Assembly (NCBI GenBank): GCA_965601925.1
Contig: OZ271854.1
Location: forward strand, 4,160,001 to 4,224,000
Origin: Alkalispirochaeta sp.
GTDB lineage: Bacteria; Spirochaetota; Spirochaetia; DSM-27196; Alkalispirochaetaceae
DNA length: 64,000 nucleotides
Reading direction: 5' to 3'
The position numbers were made by a program, and so were the translations under genes. The notes below the pieces were generated by a model, which worked only from the letters and a program-made list of their open reading frames with translations, was not told the DNA's origin and did no database searches. This document shows, one piece after another, positions 40,890-50,692 of the stretch; position 1 is the first letter of the stretch, and every line of letters begins with the position of its first letter.

Positions 40890-42392
40890 TCATCGGAGAG
40901 TGAGCGCGCGGTCCTGAACGACCAGGAGAACCTCCTCGATCGCGCGTAACGAACGAAGAACCGCTTCTCCGTCGCGATCGGGCGGGATATCCGCTGCAAC
41001 CAGCCACCCCGCCGGAAGCAGGTGGCGATGCACTTCAACAAGGTGCATGCCGCCGATGACTGCGTCGACCTCGGCGTCGCGCCGCATATAGATCAACAGC
41101 CGCCGCAGTCCCGTCGGATTCCAGGGCGTATCCTCGGCCCCGTCTCGCTCGATTCGCGCCTTGAGTCCGCGCTCCGATAGAAGCGAGACATCGCCTTCCC
41201 CGATCGTCGATCGAGAATCAAACCGCCCGTACGGCGCCTCGATCGCTAAACGAAGTGCCGACTCCATATCGACGATTCCGTAACCGGTCTCGGAATCCCA
41301 ACCCACCGAACCGATATCCCGAGCCGTCTCCCGCAAGATCGCACGAACGTCACCGGCGCTCAATGCGGGGTTGGCGCTCCGCAGTAGGGCCGCAGCGGCG
41401 GCGACCAACGGCGTAGCCATCGATGTTCCCTGTTGTAGGCCGTAACGACCATCGGGCGCCGTACTGAGGATCCCGGTAACATTATCCGTCGTTCCCGGCG
41501 CCACGAGCTCGATGTGCGAGCCGTAATCGGAGAAGACGGCGCGGTCTTCATCCCGATCGATCGCTCCCACGGCGATAACATCGTCGAACCGCGCGGGCCA
41601 ATCCACGCCGTCGAATTGGCCCACATTCGCGTTACCGATTCGGACGCCGTTACCCGCCGCCGCGACCATGACGACGTCGAGCGTCGCGGCTTGCGTCACC
41701 GCCGACTCCAGAAATATCTCTTCGGCTGCGGACAAGGCCGAAGCGCCGAGACTCATATTGATAACTCCCGCCGGTCTATCCGGCGCCACGCCGAGAGAGC
41801 TCTCTGCGCCGGCGGCGTAGAGGATCGCTTCGGTAAGATCGACGAGCGTTCCGTCCCTGTTGACCAGCGCGCGCACCGAAGTGATAAGCACCGCCGGACG
41901 ATCGAATCCATTGTACGCCGCGCCGCTCATCCCGCCGCCGTTCCCACCCTCGGCGGCGACGAGCCCGGCTACGTGGGTACCGTGTTCAAGTCCGATTGTG
42001 TCGGTGGGGAGGCCCGAAGGGTTGAGGACCACCGTATTGTCGGTTACATCCACACCGTCCGTGGTAAGGATTCGCACGAGGTCGGGGTGGGCGGCGGTAA
42101 CGCCGCTATCGATGACCGCGGCGACGACCGAAACGATATCCCGGCCCGCGATCGGGTCGGCAAGGAGCTCCCGATACAGGCCCCATGCACGGGGCGCGCC
42201 GATCGCGTCGAGATACCATTGATCACCGGACTGATAGAAGTCGTCGTTGGGCAGGAGCGCGGTCGCTACCGGGCTTGAGCGAACCTGTACATCGAACGGT
42301 CCGTAATCACACGCTGAAAACGCCGCGATGAAAAAGAGGCCGACGATAAGGCGAAGTAGAGAAATACCGGAGCAAAAAAACGATCGCCTCAC
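40890..42392 (-). CDS. S8 subtilisin-like serine protease, probable lipoprotein
   Basis: FSAC lipobox; triad VIDSG, HGTHVAG, GTSMATP; AAAGN. Confidence 0.9.
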   Translation of the reverse strand: MRRSFFCSGISLLRLIVGLFFIAAFSACDYGPFDVQVRSSPVATALLPNDDFYQSGDQWYLDAIGAPRAWGLYRELLADPIAGRDIVSVVAAVIDSGVTAAHPDLVRILTTDGVDVTDNTVVLNPSGLPTDTIGLEHGTHVAGLVAAEGGNGGGMSGAAYNGFDRPAVLITSVRALVNRDGTLVDLTEAILYAAGAESSLGVAPDRPAGVINMSLGASALSAAEEIFLESAVTQAATLDVVMVAAAGNGVRIGNANVGQFDGVDWPARFDDVIAVGAIDRDEDRAVFSDYGSHIELVAPGTTDNVTGILSTAPDGRYGLQQGTSMATPLVAAAAALLRSANPALSAGDVRAILRETARDIGSVGWDSETGYGIVDMESALRLAIEAPYGRFDSRSTIGEGDVSLLSERGLKARIERDGAEDTPWNPTGLRRLLIYMRRDAEVDAVIGGMHLVEVHRHLLPAGWLVAADIPPDRDGEAVLRSLRAIEEVLLVVQDRALTLR

Positions 42393-42425
42393 CCTATCGG
42401 AGTATAAAGCGTTATCACACGAGAT

Positions 42426-43652
42426 TCAATTCTCAAGGATAGTTATTTCTACGCGGCGATTCCGGCGGCGATTCTCCTCGGTATCGTTCGGTGCAACGGG
42501 TTCACGCGCTCCCATACCGCGGTACATCAACTCTTCACGGTTGCGCACACCGCGCTCGATGAGAAACTCGCCGACCGCGCGGGCCCGTTCCCGGCTCAAA
42601 CGCTCCCGTCCCTGCGGCGTCCCGGCAAGCGCGGTGTGTCCCGAGATGACCACGTCGCGGTCAGGATAATTCTCCAGAACGGTCGCCAACCATTCGAGTT
42701 TTACCACCTCACTCTCCAGCAGTTCCGCGGAATCGGGGGAGAAGCGAATGTCTTCCAACGCAATCGTCACCCCATCGTCGTCCGCGCGCACGGTGGCATC
42801 CTCGATGAGGCTGGTATCGATCGCTTCTTGTATCTCCTGCTCAATCGTATCGTAGTCGAGGGGTGGCGCATCGACGATCCGTCCGTCGGCCTCGCCTCGA
42901 TACTCCAGGCGACCGCCGTCGGCGGTCTGCATAAACAGCGTATATGATTCCTCATAGTAGTGCGGGCGTCCCGCGCGATTGTCCCAGAGAAGCCGTTGTA
43001 CGAAGTTCGCCGTCATAAGTCGAATGAACTCCGCCTCGGGCCGCCCTCGCGGCGGCCGGTAGAACAACGCATACCGTATACGTATTGCGTGATACATCTC
43101 GCCCTCGAACTCCTCGGGACCGATGTACTCATACTCGGCCGAGACCGGTACGCGCACCGGCGATTCAATCCCGAGAGCGTCGCGAAAGTCGTATACTTCC
43201 ACGGCGGGCTCACTCCACACGTCTCCCGGCCGTATCGCCGTTTGCGGAAACGTGGGAATGCCGCGGACCTGCGGCACGAAAGCCTCGGTCGGCACCTCCT
43301 GATTGCCGAGCTCATCTTGCCAGAGCGTCACCTCATGGTCTCGATCGACGGAAAACGGTTCGTCGGTGCTCTGCACCTCTTCCGATACACGATACTGGGC
43401 GCGGATCGTCGCCCCGGGCCGACCTTGACGGCTTTCCGGTTCGCCTATCGATATCCGAATACGGGTGAGAACCTCCGCCTCTCCCGCTCGCTCGCCGTCA
43501 ACGAACAACTCTTGCCGGTTGACACCGACGATGCGGTATTGTTCGCCCGGACGATAGGCAAACCGAAACAACTCGCCGTCACTACGTTGTTGCGCACCGA
43601 GCGCCGTAATCGCGACCGCGGCGGCACACGCCGACAGAAAGACCTTTCTCAT
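42426..43652 (-). CDS. OmpA/MotB-like C-terminal domain protein
   Basis: Signal peptide; IRF..DSA, GHTA, LS..RA..V, NRRVEI. Confidence 0.88.
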   Translation of the reverse strand: MRKVFLSACAAAVAITALGAQQRSDGELFRFAYRPGEQYRIVGVNRQELFVDGERAGEAEVLTRIRISIGEPESRQGRPGATIRAQYRVSEEVQSTDEPFSVDRDHEVTLWQDELGNQEVPTEAFVPQVRGIPTFPQTAIRPGDVWSEPAVEVYDFRDALGIESPVRVPVSAEYEYIGPEEFEGEMYHAIRIRYALFYRPPRGRPEAEFIRLMTANFVQRLLWDNRAGRPHYYEESYTLFMQTADGGRLEYRGEADGRIVDAPPLDYDTIEQEIQEAIDTSLIEDATVRADDDGVTIALEDIRFSPDSAELLESEVVKLEWLATVLENYPDRDVVISGHTALAGTPQGRERLSRERARAVGEFLIERGVRNREELMYRGMGAREPVAPNDTEENRRRNRRVEITILEN

Positions 43653-44222
43653 ACTCGGAAGATATCGGCTCACGTACCGCCTTTCTTGACAAAGGCACAT
43701 GCCATTCATACGATTCGTTCGGTGATTGGAGCAACGCTCGAAACGTACAGCGAACGGGACACCCCGGCATATCCGGCCTGGATTAGACGCCGGCGGTCGG
43801 GAATCGTTCTCGTGCCGCCCCGCGCGCGCGTTACGGTGGGGTGTTTATTAGCGGACGACGGAGCGGAACGCCGGTGCTTGAACGTCGATACGGCGCCGGC
43901 CGCTCTGCTCCTCGCTACGTGCACCGACGAGTTTGATGCGCCCATGCGTGCCGTGCGTCCGGAGAGTGTCATAGATCGTATTCGGCGAAACGATCTGGAT
44001 CTCTCGCGGCTGAAACGTCTCGTGGCGTGTATACCCGACTCGGAGGAGTTGCAATTTTCGGCGGATCTCGGTTTTATCGTATCGAAAACCGACAGGCCGC
44101 CGCAGGTTCTCATCGTATCTCCCCGAGAGATCGATCGATCGGTACTGGCACGGCTTCCGGTCCGGCGTTGGCGAACGGCGGAGCTCCGTCACCGCGTAAC
44201 CGAATATGAAGGGAGATTCTTT

Positions 44223-44753
44223 ATGCACACCAAGAAACACCGATACGTCGAAAATCCCGATGTCCTCCGACGCAAAGTGACGGAAGTGATACGTCTTATT
44301 CACCAGGATGCCGATCCTCACGAGCTTAACGCGTACAAACGGTTTGTCAAAAAACACGTCTCGATCTTTTCGAGAGCGTATTTCACCGCATATCTGGTAA
44401 AAATGCTCGCCGAAGGTCGCACGCTTGAGGCACCGCGGAAGGGCGAGCGCGAAGAGTCTCGACGAACGGGAGAGAAGCGATCGAGCGAGCAGGCGGGGAA
44501 TCTCGTGCCGGAGAACAAGCAGACCCTCTTCGTCAGCGTCGGGAAAAATCGCAGGGTGTATCCAAAGGACTTCGTCGCACTTTTTGCGGAGCTGGACGGC
44601 GTTCAAGGCGACGATATCGGCCAAATCAAGATTCTGGACAATTACTCGTTTGTCGAGGTCGACAAGCGCGTCGCCGAGTCGATTATCGAGACGTACAACG
44701 GATTCGAGTATCGCGGGCGCAAACTGACGGTAAATTACGCCCGAAACAAGTAG
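44223..44753 (+). CDS. Stand-alone DbpA-type RNA-binding domain protein
   Basis: LFVSVGKN..V.PKD, IG.IKILDNYSFVEV, YRGRKLTVNYA. Confidence 0.85.
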   Translation: MHTKKHRYVENPDVLRRKVTEVIRLIHQDADPHELNAYKRFVKKHVSIFSRAYFTAYLVKMLAEGRTLEAPRKGEREESRRTGEKRSSEQAGNLVPENKQTLFVSVGKNRRVYPKDFVALFAELDGVQGDDIGQIKILDNYSFVEVDKRVAESIIETYNGFEYRGRKLTVNYARNK

Positions 44754-44797
44754 GGAGCTCCACGTCCTGGACGAACGCATCGCCGATTGCCGCGTCT

Positions 44798-45742
44798 CTA
44801 TCGGATCAAGAGCGCGGTGGCGATGGCGATAAGATATCCGTTTACGAAAATGCTCACGACTAACAGGACGACGGCACCCACTTCGCGGTGCCACGCCCGA
44901 CGGCTCAGACCGCGGGCGTGGGCGGATAACTGTGCCGCGGAGACCGATTCATCGCGGGCGAATGCGAGGTCGCGCTGCGCACGCAAACGCCGCGCGACGC
45001 GCCAAATTCTGCGGTACCAGAAGAAACCCACGACTCCGGGGGGCATGAGAGGCAACACAGGCACAAGTCCCAACACCATCGCAACAATCGCCTGAAGAAG
45101 GCTGCGATCGGCCAATGTAAGGGCCCACAACGTCTCGGCCAAAAAGCCGCCGACCAGCGAGACCGGTGTGAGATGGTTCCAGTACTCGTTACGTTGTCGT
45201 CCCGACCACGTTGCTCGGGCAAAGAGTTGTTCTTTCGGACAGTCGTAGATAATGACCAAGGGGATGTCCGCGGCTCCCCGATCGAAGTGCAGCGTACCTT
45301 GTCGCTCGACGATATCACCGACCACAAGAAAGTCGGTACCCTCGGCTAAGGCGGTAAGCTCTTTCCAAAACACGATCCGCGGCGTCTCGTCGGGCAATCC
45401 CTCGCCCCGCATTCCACCGCCGGGCAGAATATAGATGGGCACTCCCACAAGATCAATGACGACTGAGAGCGAGCCGTCACCGATCCAAATGCTAGTCTGC
45501 CCCTGCACCGCCTCCAGCTTGCCGAAGAATCGAAACGTACCGCGCTGCGACGAATCGCCCTCGTTTTCCTGTCTGTGTCCGTGGACCGCCGGATAGTCGA
45601 GATCCCTCGCCTCGCGAGCGGCGAGAACCCGGGCGCGGAAGCGTCTCCAACGGTACCGCACCGCAAACGCGCCGCTTCCGGGAATGACGAGATAGAACAC
45701 CACGCCGATCGCGACGCTTATGGTCAACGGCCATTCAGACAA
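44798..45742 (-). CDS. Hypothetical membrane protein
   Basis: Long ORF with one N-terminal and about three C-terminal hydrophobic segments. Confidence 0.7.
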   Translation of the reverse strand: MSEWPLTISVAIGVVFYLVIPGSGAFAVRYRWRRFRARVLAAREARDLDYPAVHGHRQENEGDSSQRGTFRFFGKLEAVQGQTSIWIGDGSLSVVIDLVGVPIYILPGGGMRGEGLPDETPRIVFWKELTALAEGTDFLVVGDIVERQGTLHFDRGAADIPLVIIYDCPKEQLFARATWSGRQRNEYWNHLTPVSLVGGFLAETLWALTLADRSLLQAIVAMVLGLVPVLPLMPPGVVGFFWYRRIWRVARRLRAQRDLAFARDESVSAAQLSAHARGLSRRAWHREVGAVVLLVVSIFVNGYLIAIATALLIR

Positions 45743-45783
45743 GGCGTTTGCTCCACACCCCTCTTTTCATTATGCTGTGTGCA

Positions 45784-46470
45784 ATGCTTATAGATCGAGT
45801 CATCGTCGGTTCAATGTACACCAACGCGTATATCGTCTCTACCGGCAAAAAAGAATGCATCATCATCGATCCTGGGGCAGATACGAAGATGCTCATTCAG
45901 CGGTTGGAGGCGATGAACCTCCTTCCGAAGGCAATTGTCTTAACTCACGGCCACTTAGACCATACCTCAGCGGCCCGAGGCATCATGGAACACTACGCAA
46001 AACGGGACTATCACGTTCCTATCGGTATACACGAGTCCGATGCGTCGTTTCTGGGAGAGGGCGCGACGGATATCAACCGTGAGATGTTCTCGCGTTTCGG
46101 AGAGCCCGGCCTGACGGCGTTTCAAACCTTCGAGACCGACGTACCCGAGCCGGAGTTCTTCTTAAAGGAAGGCGATTCTCTCCATAACTCGGACTTTGTC
46201 GTGATGCACACTCCGGGGCACAGTATGGGGAGTGTATGTCTATACAGTGAATCGCGGAATGCACTCTTTTCGGGAGATACGCTCTTTTTTAACACGATCG
46301 GGCGTACCGACCTCCCTTCAGGCGATACGGAACAGCTGAATCAGGCGGTAACACAACGTCTCTTTGAGCTTCCGGCGGAGACGCGGGTATTTCCGGGCCA
46401 CGGTCCGCTTACCACCATAGAGCGCGAAATAAAAAACAATACGATGGAAAGTGCCGGCGCTACGATTTAG
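45784..46470 (+). CDS. MBL-fold metallohydrolase (glyoxalase II-like)
   Basis: THGHLDH, HTPGHS, SGDTLF, PGHG. Confidence 0.92.
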   Translation: MLIDRVIVGSMYTNAYIVSTGKKECIIIDPGADTKMLIQRLEAMNLLPKAIVLTHGHLDHTSAARGIMEHYAKRDYHVPIGIHESDASFLGEGATDINREMFSRFGEPGLTAFQTFETDVPEPEFFLKEGDSLHNSDFVVMHTPGHSMGSVCLYSESRNALFSGDTLFFNTIGRTDLPSGDTEQLNQAVTQRLFELPAETRVFPGHGPLTTIEREIKNNTMESAGATI

Positions 46471-46521
46471 CATGCGCACCGTCTCGTGTGCGTCAACGGT
46501 ACCGGCGCGGATCGGCAGTAC

Positions 46522-46896
46522 TCAGACGAGTACGTCGACGAGAAGTCCGGCGTTCAATTGCGCCTGCGCCTCGGAACGATCGATTTCTTCGACGACGCTG
46601 CGAGCGGTCTCTTCTATGAGGCGCTGTTGCCACTCCAACGGGTCGGCCTCGTTCGGCTGCGGCGCGCCCGATTGCATCTGAGCCATACGGGCGATAAGCG
46701 AGTCTATCGCCCGCAGTCGGACAAGCGAGTAGCCGCCGCCGCCGGAGTGTGCGGGGACTGCGGTTATGTGGCTGAGACGCGCGTAGATTCCCCCCCGGAC
46801 GGGCATCGCGATGGGGTTCTCCGAGATGCGCGCGCGCACGAGCTCGCTCAGGGGAATCGTTGCGTTTTGTGGAATGGACGAGATCGTATCTGCCAA
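46522..46896 (-). CDS. Hypothetical protein, probably sigma28-dependent
   Basis: TTG start after GGAGG; ends GLLVDVLV. Confidence 0.65.
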   Translation of the reverse strand: MADTISSIPQNATIPLSELVRARISENPIAMPVRGGIYARLSHITAVPAHSGGGGYSLVRLRAIDSLIARMAQMQSGAPQPNEADPLEWQQRLIEETARSVVEEIDRSEAQAQLNAGLLVDVLV

Positions 46897-46917
46897 ATCC
46901 GATGCCTCCACCGTCCA

Positions 46918-46944
46918 TTATCGGAAGCATCGGAAGGAAGTTTA
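46918..46944 (-). promoter_or_regulatory. Sigma28 (FliA) promoter
   Basis: TAAA-15nt-TCCGATAA versus consensus TAAA-N15-GCCGATAA. Confidence 0.75.
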
Positions 46945-46963
46945 GCCCGCCTACCCGGTCACC

Positions 46964-47320
46964 TCACCGATTGCGGCGCTCCAACTCGTTTTGGTACTCC
47001 ACTCGATAGAGCGCGTAGGGGATCGCCTCCAATCGCTCTTCCGGTATCGGCTTACCGCTTTTGAGGCATATGCCGTATTTGCCGTTCTCGATCCTGGCGA
47101 GCGCCGATTCGATGAGGCGTAGCTTTTTAAGTTCTTGCGCCCCGAGCGCGCTGAGAAGCTTTTTGTCAATATCGGTGCTGGCAACGTCTACCAAATCCTT
47201 CGTGTCGCTGGAGTCGGCCATGGAGCGGAACTCCTGATCCTCGGTGACGAGCTGAGAGAGTATTTCGGCTTTCATCTCTTCGAGGCGGTTTTTCATGCGG
47301 TCTACAAATTCTTGGTCCAT
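46964..47320 (-). CDS. dksA: DksA/TraR family transcription factor (single Cys)
   Basis: Coiled-coil tip DLVDVA, YGIC...G..IP.ERLEAIP; GAGGAGG RBS. Confidence 0.88.
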   Translation of the reverse strand: MDQEFVDRMKNRLEEMKAEILSQLVTEDQEFRSMADSSDTKDLVDVASTDIDKKLLSALGAQELKKLRLIESALARIENGKYGICLKSGKPIPEERLEAIPYALYRVEYQNELERRNR

Positions 47321-47424
47321 GACATCCTCCTCAATGGGGCGGAAAAGTTCAATGAAATATATTGGTCTCAAAAAAAAAGTCAAGACCCTATTCTACGCAA
47401 ACCGAGACTCGCCCACCCCACAGA

Positions 47425-47454
47425 TTGACACGCAGGCGGGAGGCAACCTACCAT
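47425..47454 (+). promoter_or_regulatory. Sigma70 promoter of infA
   Basis: TTGACA-18nt-TACCAT upstream of the AAGGAGG RBS. Confidence 0.65.
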
Positions 47455-47480
47455 TCGGAAACATTCTGTAAGGAGGATTT

Positions 47481-47699
47481 GTGGCAAAAGAAGAGGCAAT
47501 TGAAGTCGAAGGCATCGTGAAAGAGTCGTTGCCCAACACGATGTTCCGCGTTGAACTCAAGAATGGGCACGTCATTCTTACCCATCTTTCCGGGAAGATG
47601 CGCAAGCACTACATCCGTATCGTCCCCGGAGATCGCGTTAAGGTCGCGCTCTCTCCATACGACCTGACCCGCGGACGAATTATCTACCGCGAGCGATGA
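47481..47699 (+). CDS. infA: Translation initiation factor IF-1
   Basis: [11 protein letters not shown]...SGKMR..YIRI..GD.V.V.LSPYDL.RGRI. Confidence 0.98.
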   Translation: MAKEEAIEVEGIVKESLPNTMFRVELKNGHVILTHLSGKMRKHYIRIVPGDRVKVALSPYDLTRGRIIYRER

Positions 47700-48070
47700 C
47701 GGATCAGCGCCCATGTGGCGCCGCTGCCGCCCTCTCGCACCCCCGGCGTCCCCGTCGCGCCGATCGACGGATTCCGTTCCAGATAGCGTAACACCATCTC
47801 CTTTATTACGCCCTCCGAAGCGGGGTGATTCCCCTTACCGTGCACAATAAGCACTTTCCGGATGTCATTTTGAAGGGCTTGTGTTACAAAGACGTCGAGA
47901 GCGTCTCGCGCCTCGTCTCGGGTCATTCCGTGTAGATCGATAGTCGCCTCGATTCGCATTTTCTTGGGCGACATTCGCTTCTGGTGTCCGCGTGAAGCGC
48001 CGGCGTCTTTGTCGAAGTCGGTCGGCGGCGGGTAGCGATCGAGAAACTCTTCCATACGTCGGGAGTCCAT
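47684..48070 (-). CDS. Smr domain protein
   Basis: IDLHG, IVHGKG.H, GGSGAT. Confidence 0.88.
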   Translation of the reverse strand: MDSRRMEEFLDRYPPPTDFDKDAGASRGHQKRMSPKKMRIEATIDLHGMTRDEARDALDVFVTQALQNDIRKVLIVHGKGNHPASEGVIKEMVLRYLERNPSIGATGTPGVREGGSGATWALIRHRSR

Positions 48071-50091
48071 TATCTCGCTCCATCGATACGGATTGCGGTA
48101 TGGGGTACCCACCCGGTAACACCGGCGGCGGTACGCGCCAGATAAAAATCATCATACGACAGTTCTACCGTGATTGCCGTCGCCGGCGAGAGATTTATCC
48201 AGGGACGCGCAGTGTAGTCGGGAATGCGGCGCACAATCGCCTCGCGCGTGACGACACCCTCCGGAACGGAAATCTGCCGCGAAGCCCAGAACCACCCCCC
48301 CGCCAGCGCAACGGCTACCATAGCGACGCTCACGAGGGCGAGAGTACGCCGTACGCGTCGACGGAGGGAGAGCAACACCCAAAAACCGGACCACAGCGTC
48401 AGGGTTGCGACGAAAAACCAATCGGGTCTGGGATACCACGGGATCGCCGGTTGCTCAACCACTGCGAAGTAGCGCTCCGCGTCCGCCAACGTCCGCCTGA
48501 AGAGCTCGCGATGGGGAGCGAGACGCACGGCGCGTCGCAGGTGATACATCGCCGCAACGGCGTTATCGGACCGAACGGCAAGCACGCCGCGGTTGAAATG
48601 AAGCCCGGCGTGCCACCCGGCATCCTGAATCTCCAGATCGTAGAGCACCCCCGCCACCGCCGGACGGCCCTCTTCGGCCAATTGTGCCGCGCGGTTCAAA
48701 CGTTCAATGTCGAGAGAAGGAAAAAAGACGGCGGATAGTAACAACGGCACCATGGCGACGACGGTCACCGAGCGAACCGAAAGTAGACGCGCCACCGCAA
48801 AGCCTGCCGGTCCGCCGAGAAAGAGCAGGTAAAGCCACGGATTACTCGCGAACGGGTACCATCGCGTCCGCGCGAGTTGTTCGATGGCAATGAGTGCCGT
48901 CGCCGGCGCCTCTTGAGCCACGTCTACGACGTCTCTGGGGTCGGTGACATCGAGGAGAAACGAGGGCGTGGTAACGCTGGTCGACCGCCCGCTCGTCGGA
49001 TCGAAAAATGCGAAATCCGCGATCTCGACGGTCGGATCGCTCGCTCCCGTTTGCGCTTCGAACCGTATCTCCACCTCGCGCCGTCCCCGATATCCTCGAA
49101 GGTCCGCCAAGTCGGGTTCCACGTCGCTCCGCTCGCTTTGTCCCAACTCGGTGAGCCCCCGAAGCGTCACCTCGGGAAAGTCGAGAACGGGGAGATTTCC
49201 CTGCCCTTCCACGACGAGTCGAATGGTGCCCGTCTCACCCACCGCAAGTCGCCGCGGGCCGACCTCCGCCCGGAACGAAAATGTGCCAACCGCGACGGTT
49301 GTACGCGCCTCGCGGGGCAACGCCGCTACCTGGAGGGTAGCGGCCGGCGCCACCGAACGCACACCGGCCGCGGTTACCTCGGCGGCGGGAATCGTAACGC
49401 CCCCCGAGGCCCCGGGTGTGAAGACAAAACTCGCGATGGGAAATTGATACAGCGTAACGCCTGCGACCTCGCGAGTAGACACGGTACCGAGCCCGCCGAC
49501 CTCCTCAAAGAGCCCGGTCTGCGGAGCACGAAATGCAAGCGTCTCGGGATACGTGAAGCTGTCGATGCCGGCGATTTCGAGCACGACCGGAACGCTTTGG
49601 GCCTGGAACACCGACTCGGAGAGAACTCTCCACCGCGTCCGAAAGGGAACGGTTCCGAGGCGTGGATCGTATACCTCGACGAGAATGGGGCGTGAGTATC
49701 GCAGCCCGTCCCTTGTCGTTACGGCCATTTCCTCGATCACAAAGCGTCCCGCAACGGCAGCGACGAAGTCGATACGAACTTCGACGTCGAGAATCCCACG
49801 GGAGACGATGGTCGGACCGGCGACCGTTCGCACGCCGTCGGGGAGCTCGGGAAGTACGACGGAAACCTCGTCGGATCTCATCCGAGGCAGTGAAAACCAT
49901 ACGGTAAACTCATCGCCGACATCGACGGCGAATCGATTGCCGGAGAGAAGCGAGAGGATCTCTTCGGGATCGCGCTCCCCGGTGCGAACCTCTTCTACCG
50001 CGTGCCGATCCGAGTCCGACGCATCTTGTGCGGCCAGAGGGAGAAGAGTCGCCACCGCAACGCACGCGACAAAGAAAGCCCGGAGCGACAT
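48070..50091 (-). CDS. BatD-like protein fused to a BatE-like TPR + SH3-like module
   Basis: Beta-rich repeats, VG.F and G.GNLP, then TM, TPR (FNRG...RAVRLAP) and ...GVTGWVP; position in the Bat operon. Confidence 0.72.
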   Translation of the reverse strand: MSLRAFFVACVAVATLLPLAAQDASDSDRHAVEEVRTGERDPEEILSLLSGNRFAVDVGDEFTVWFSLPRMRSDEVSVVLPELPDGVRTVAGPTIVSRGILDVEVRIDFVAAVAGRFVIEEMAVTTRDGLRYSRPILVEVYDPRLGTVPFRTRWRVLSESVFQAQSVPVVLEIAGIDSFTYPETLAFRAPQTGLFEEVGGLGTVSTREVAGVTLYQFPIASFVFTPGASGGVTIPAAEVTAAGVRSVAPAATLQVAALPREARTTVAVGTFSFRAEVGPRRLAVGETGTIRLVVEGQGNLPVLDFPEVTLRGLTELGQSERSDVEPDLADLRGYRGRREVEIRFEAQTGASDPTVEIADFAFFDPTSGRSTSVTTPSFLLDVTDPRDVVDVAQEAPATALIAIEQLARTRWYPFASNPWLYLLFLGGPAGFAVARLLSVRSVTVVAMVPLLLSAVFFPSLDIERLNRAAQLAEEGRPAVAGVLYDLEIQDAGWHAGLHFNRGVLAVRSDNAVAAMYHLRRAVRLAPHRELFRRTLADAERYFAVVEQPAIPWYPRPDWFFVATLTLWSGFWVLLSLRRRVRRTLALVSVAMVAVALAGGWFWASRQISVPEGVVTREAIVRRIPDYTARPWINLSPATAITVELSYDDFYLARTAAGVTGWVPHTAIRIDGAR

Positions 50092-50101
50092 CACACCGTT
50101 C

Positions 50102-50692
50102 CTACCAGTCCTGTGCCACGGGAGAAACGCCAGCCTCGACATTGGCGCGCCACCGCTGTTCTTCTTTGCGTCGCATATAATCGAGCATCCGCGTCGCTCC
50201 GGTACTGTCCTGCGAGGATGAGCTTCCTCCACCGGTCGACGCGCTTCCTCGCCCTGCAAGCTCGGAGCCCGCCTCGATTTTCTCGAGCGTCAACTCGAAA
50301 TTGTTCTTGGCTGCAACGCTCTGCGGCTCTATCGATAGGGCAAAGCGAAAGTCGGATAGCGCCTCCTCATAGCGTCCCTGTTCGTAGAGATACACTCCCC
50401 GATTGAAGCTCGCCCCGAAGAGTAGATCCGCCACGTCCGACGTTCTCGCCGATTCCCACCGATCGTCGGCCGCCTCGGACTCGCCGAGAAAATGGTAGAC
50501 GTTGCCAAGATTGTACGAGAGCCAGTCTTCGAACTGCGCGGTCTCCTGCGCTCGAAGATAGTCGACGATTGCCGGTTGATACTCACCCCGGCTCACGTTG
50601 TAGTTCGCCCTCACGACTTGAAGATGCGGAACATAGGCGTTGCAGGAGACCAACATCCAAAGCAGACCGACACTCACCACCGACATTTTCAT
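50102..50692 (-). CDS. BatC-like TPR lipoprotein
   Basis: LVSC lipobox, YNLGN, FNRG, AKNNFE, terminal QDW. Confidence 0.8.
   Translation of the reverse strand: MKMSVVSVGLLWMLVSCNAYVPHLQVVRANYNVSRGEYQPAIVDYLRAQETAQFEDWLSYNLGNVYHFLGESEAADDRWESARTSDVADLLFGASFNRGVYLYEQGRYEEALSDFRFALSIEPQSVAAKNNFELTLEKIEAGSELAGRGSASTGGGSSSSQDSTGATRMLDYMRRKEEQRWRANVEAGVSPVAQDW

Noticed and set aside
42960..44222. 597-aa ORF extending the DbpA-domain protein
   Set aside because: It overlaps the OmpA-like gene in antisense and looks non-coding; only 44223-44753 is recognisable.
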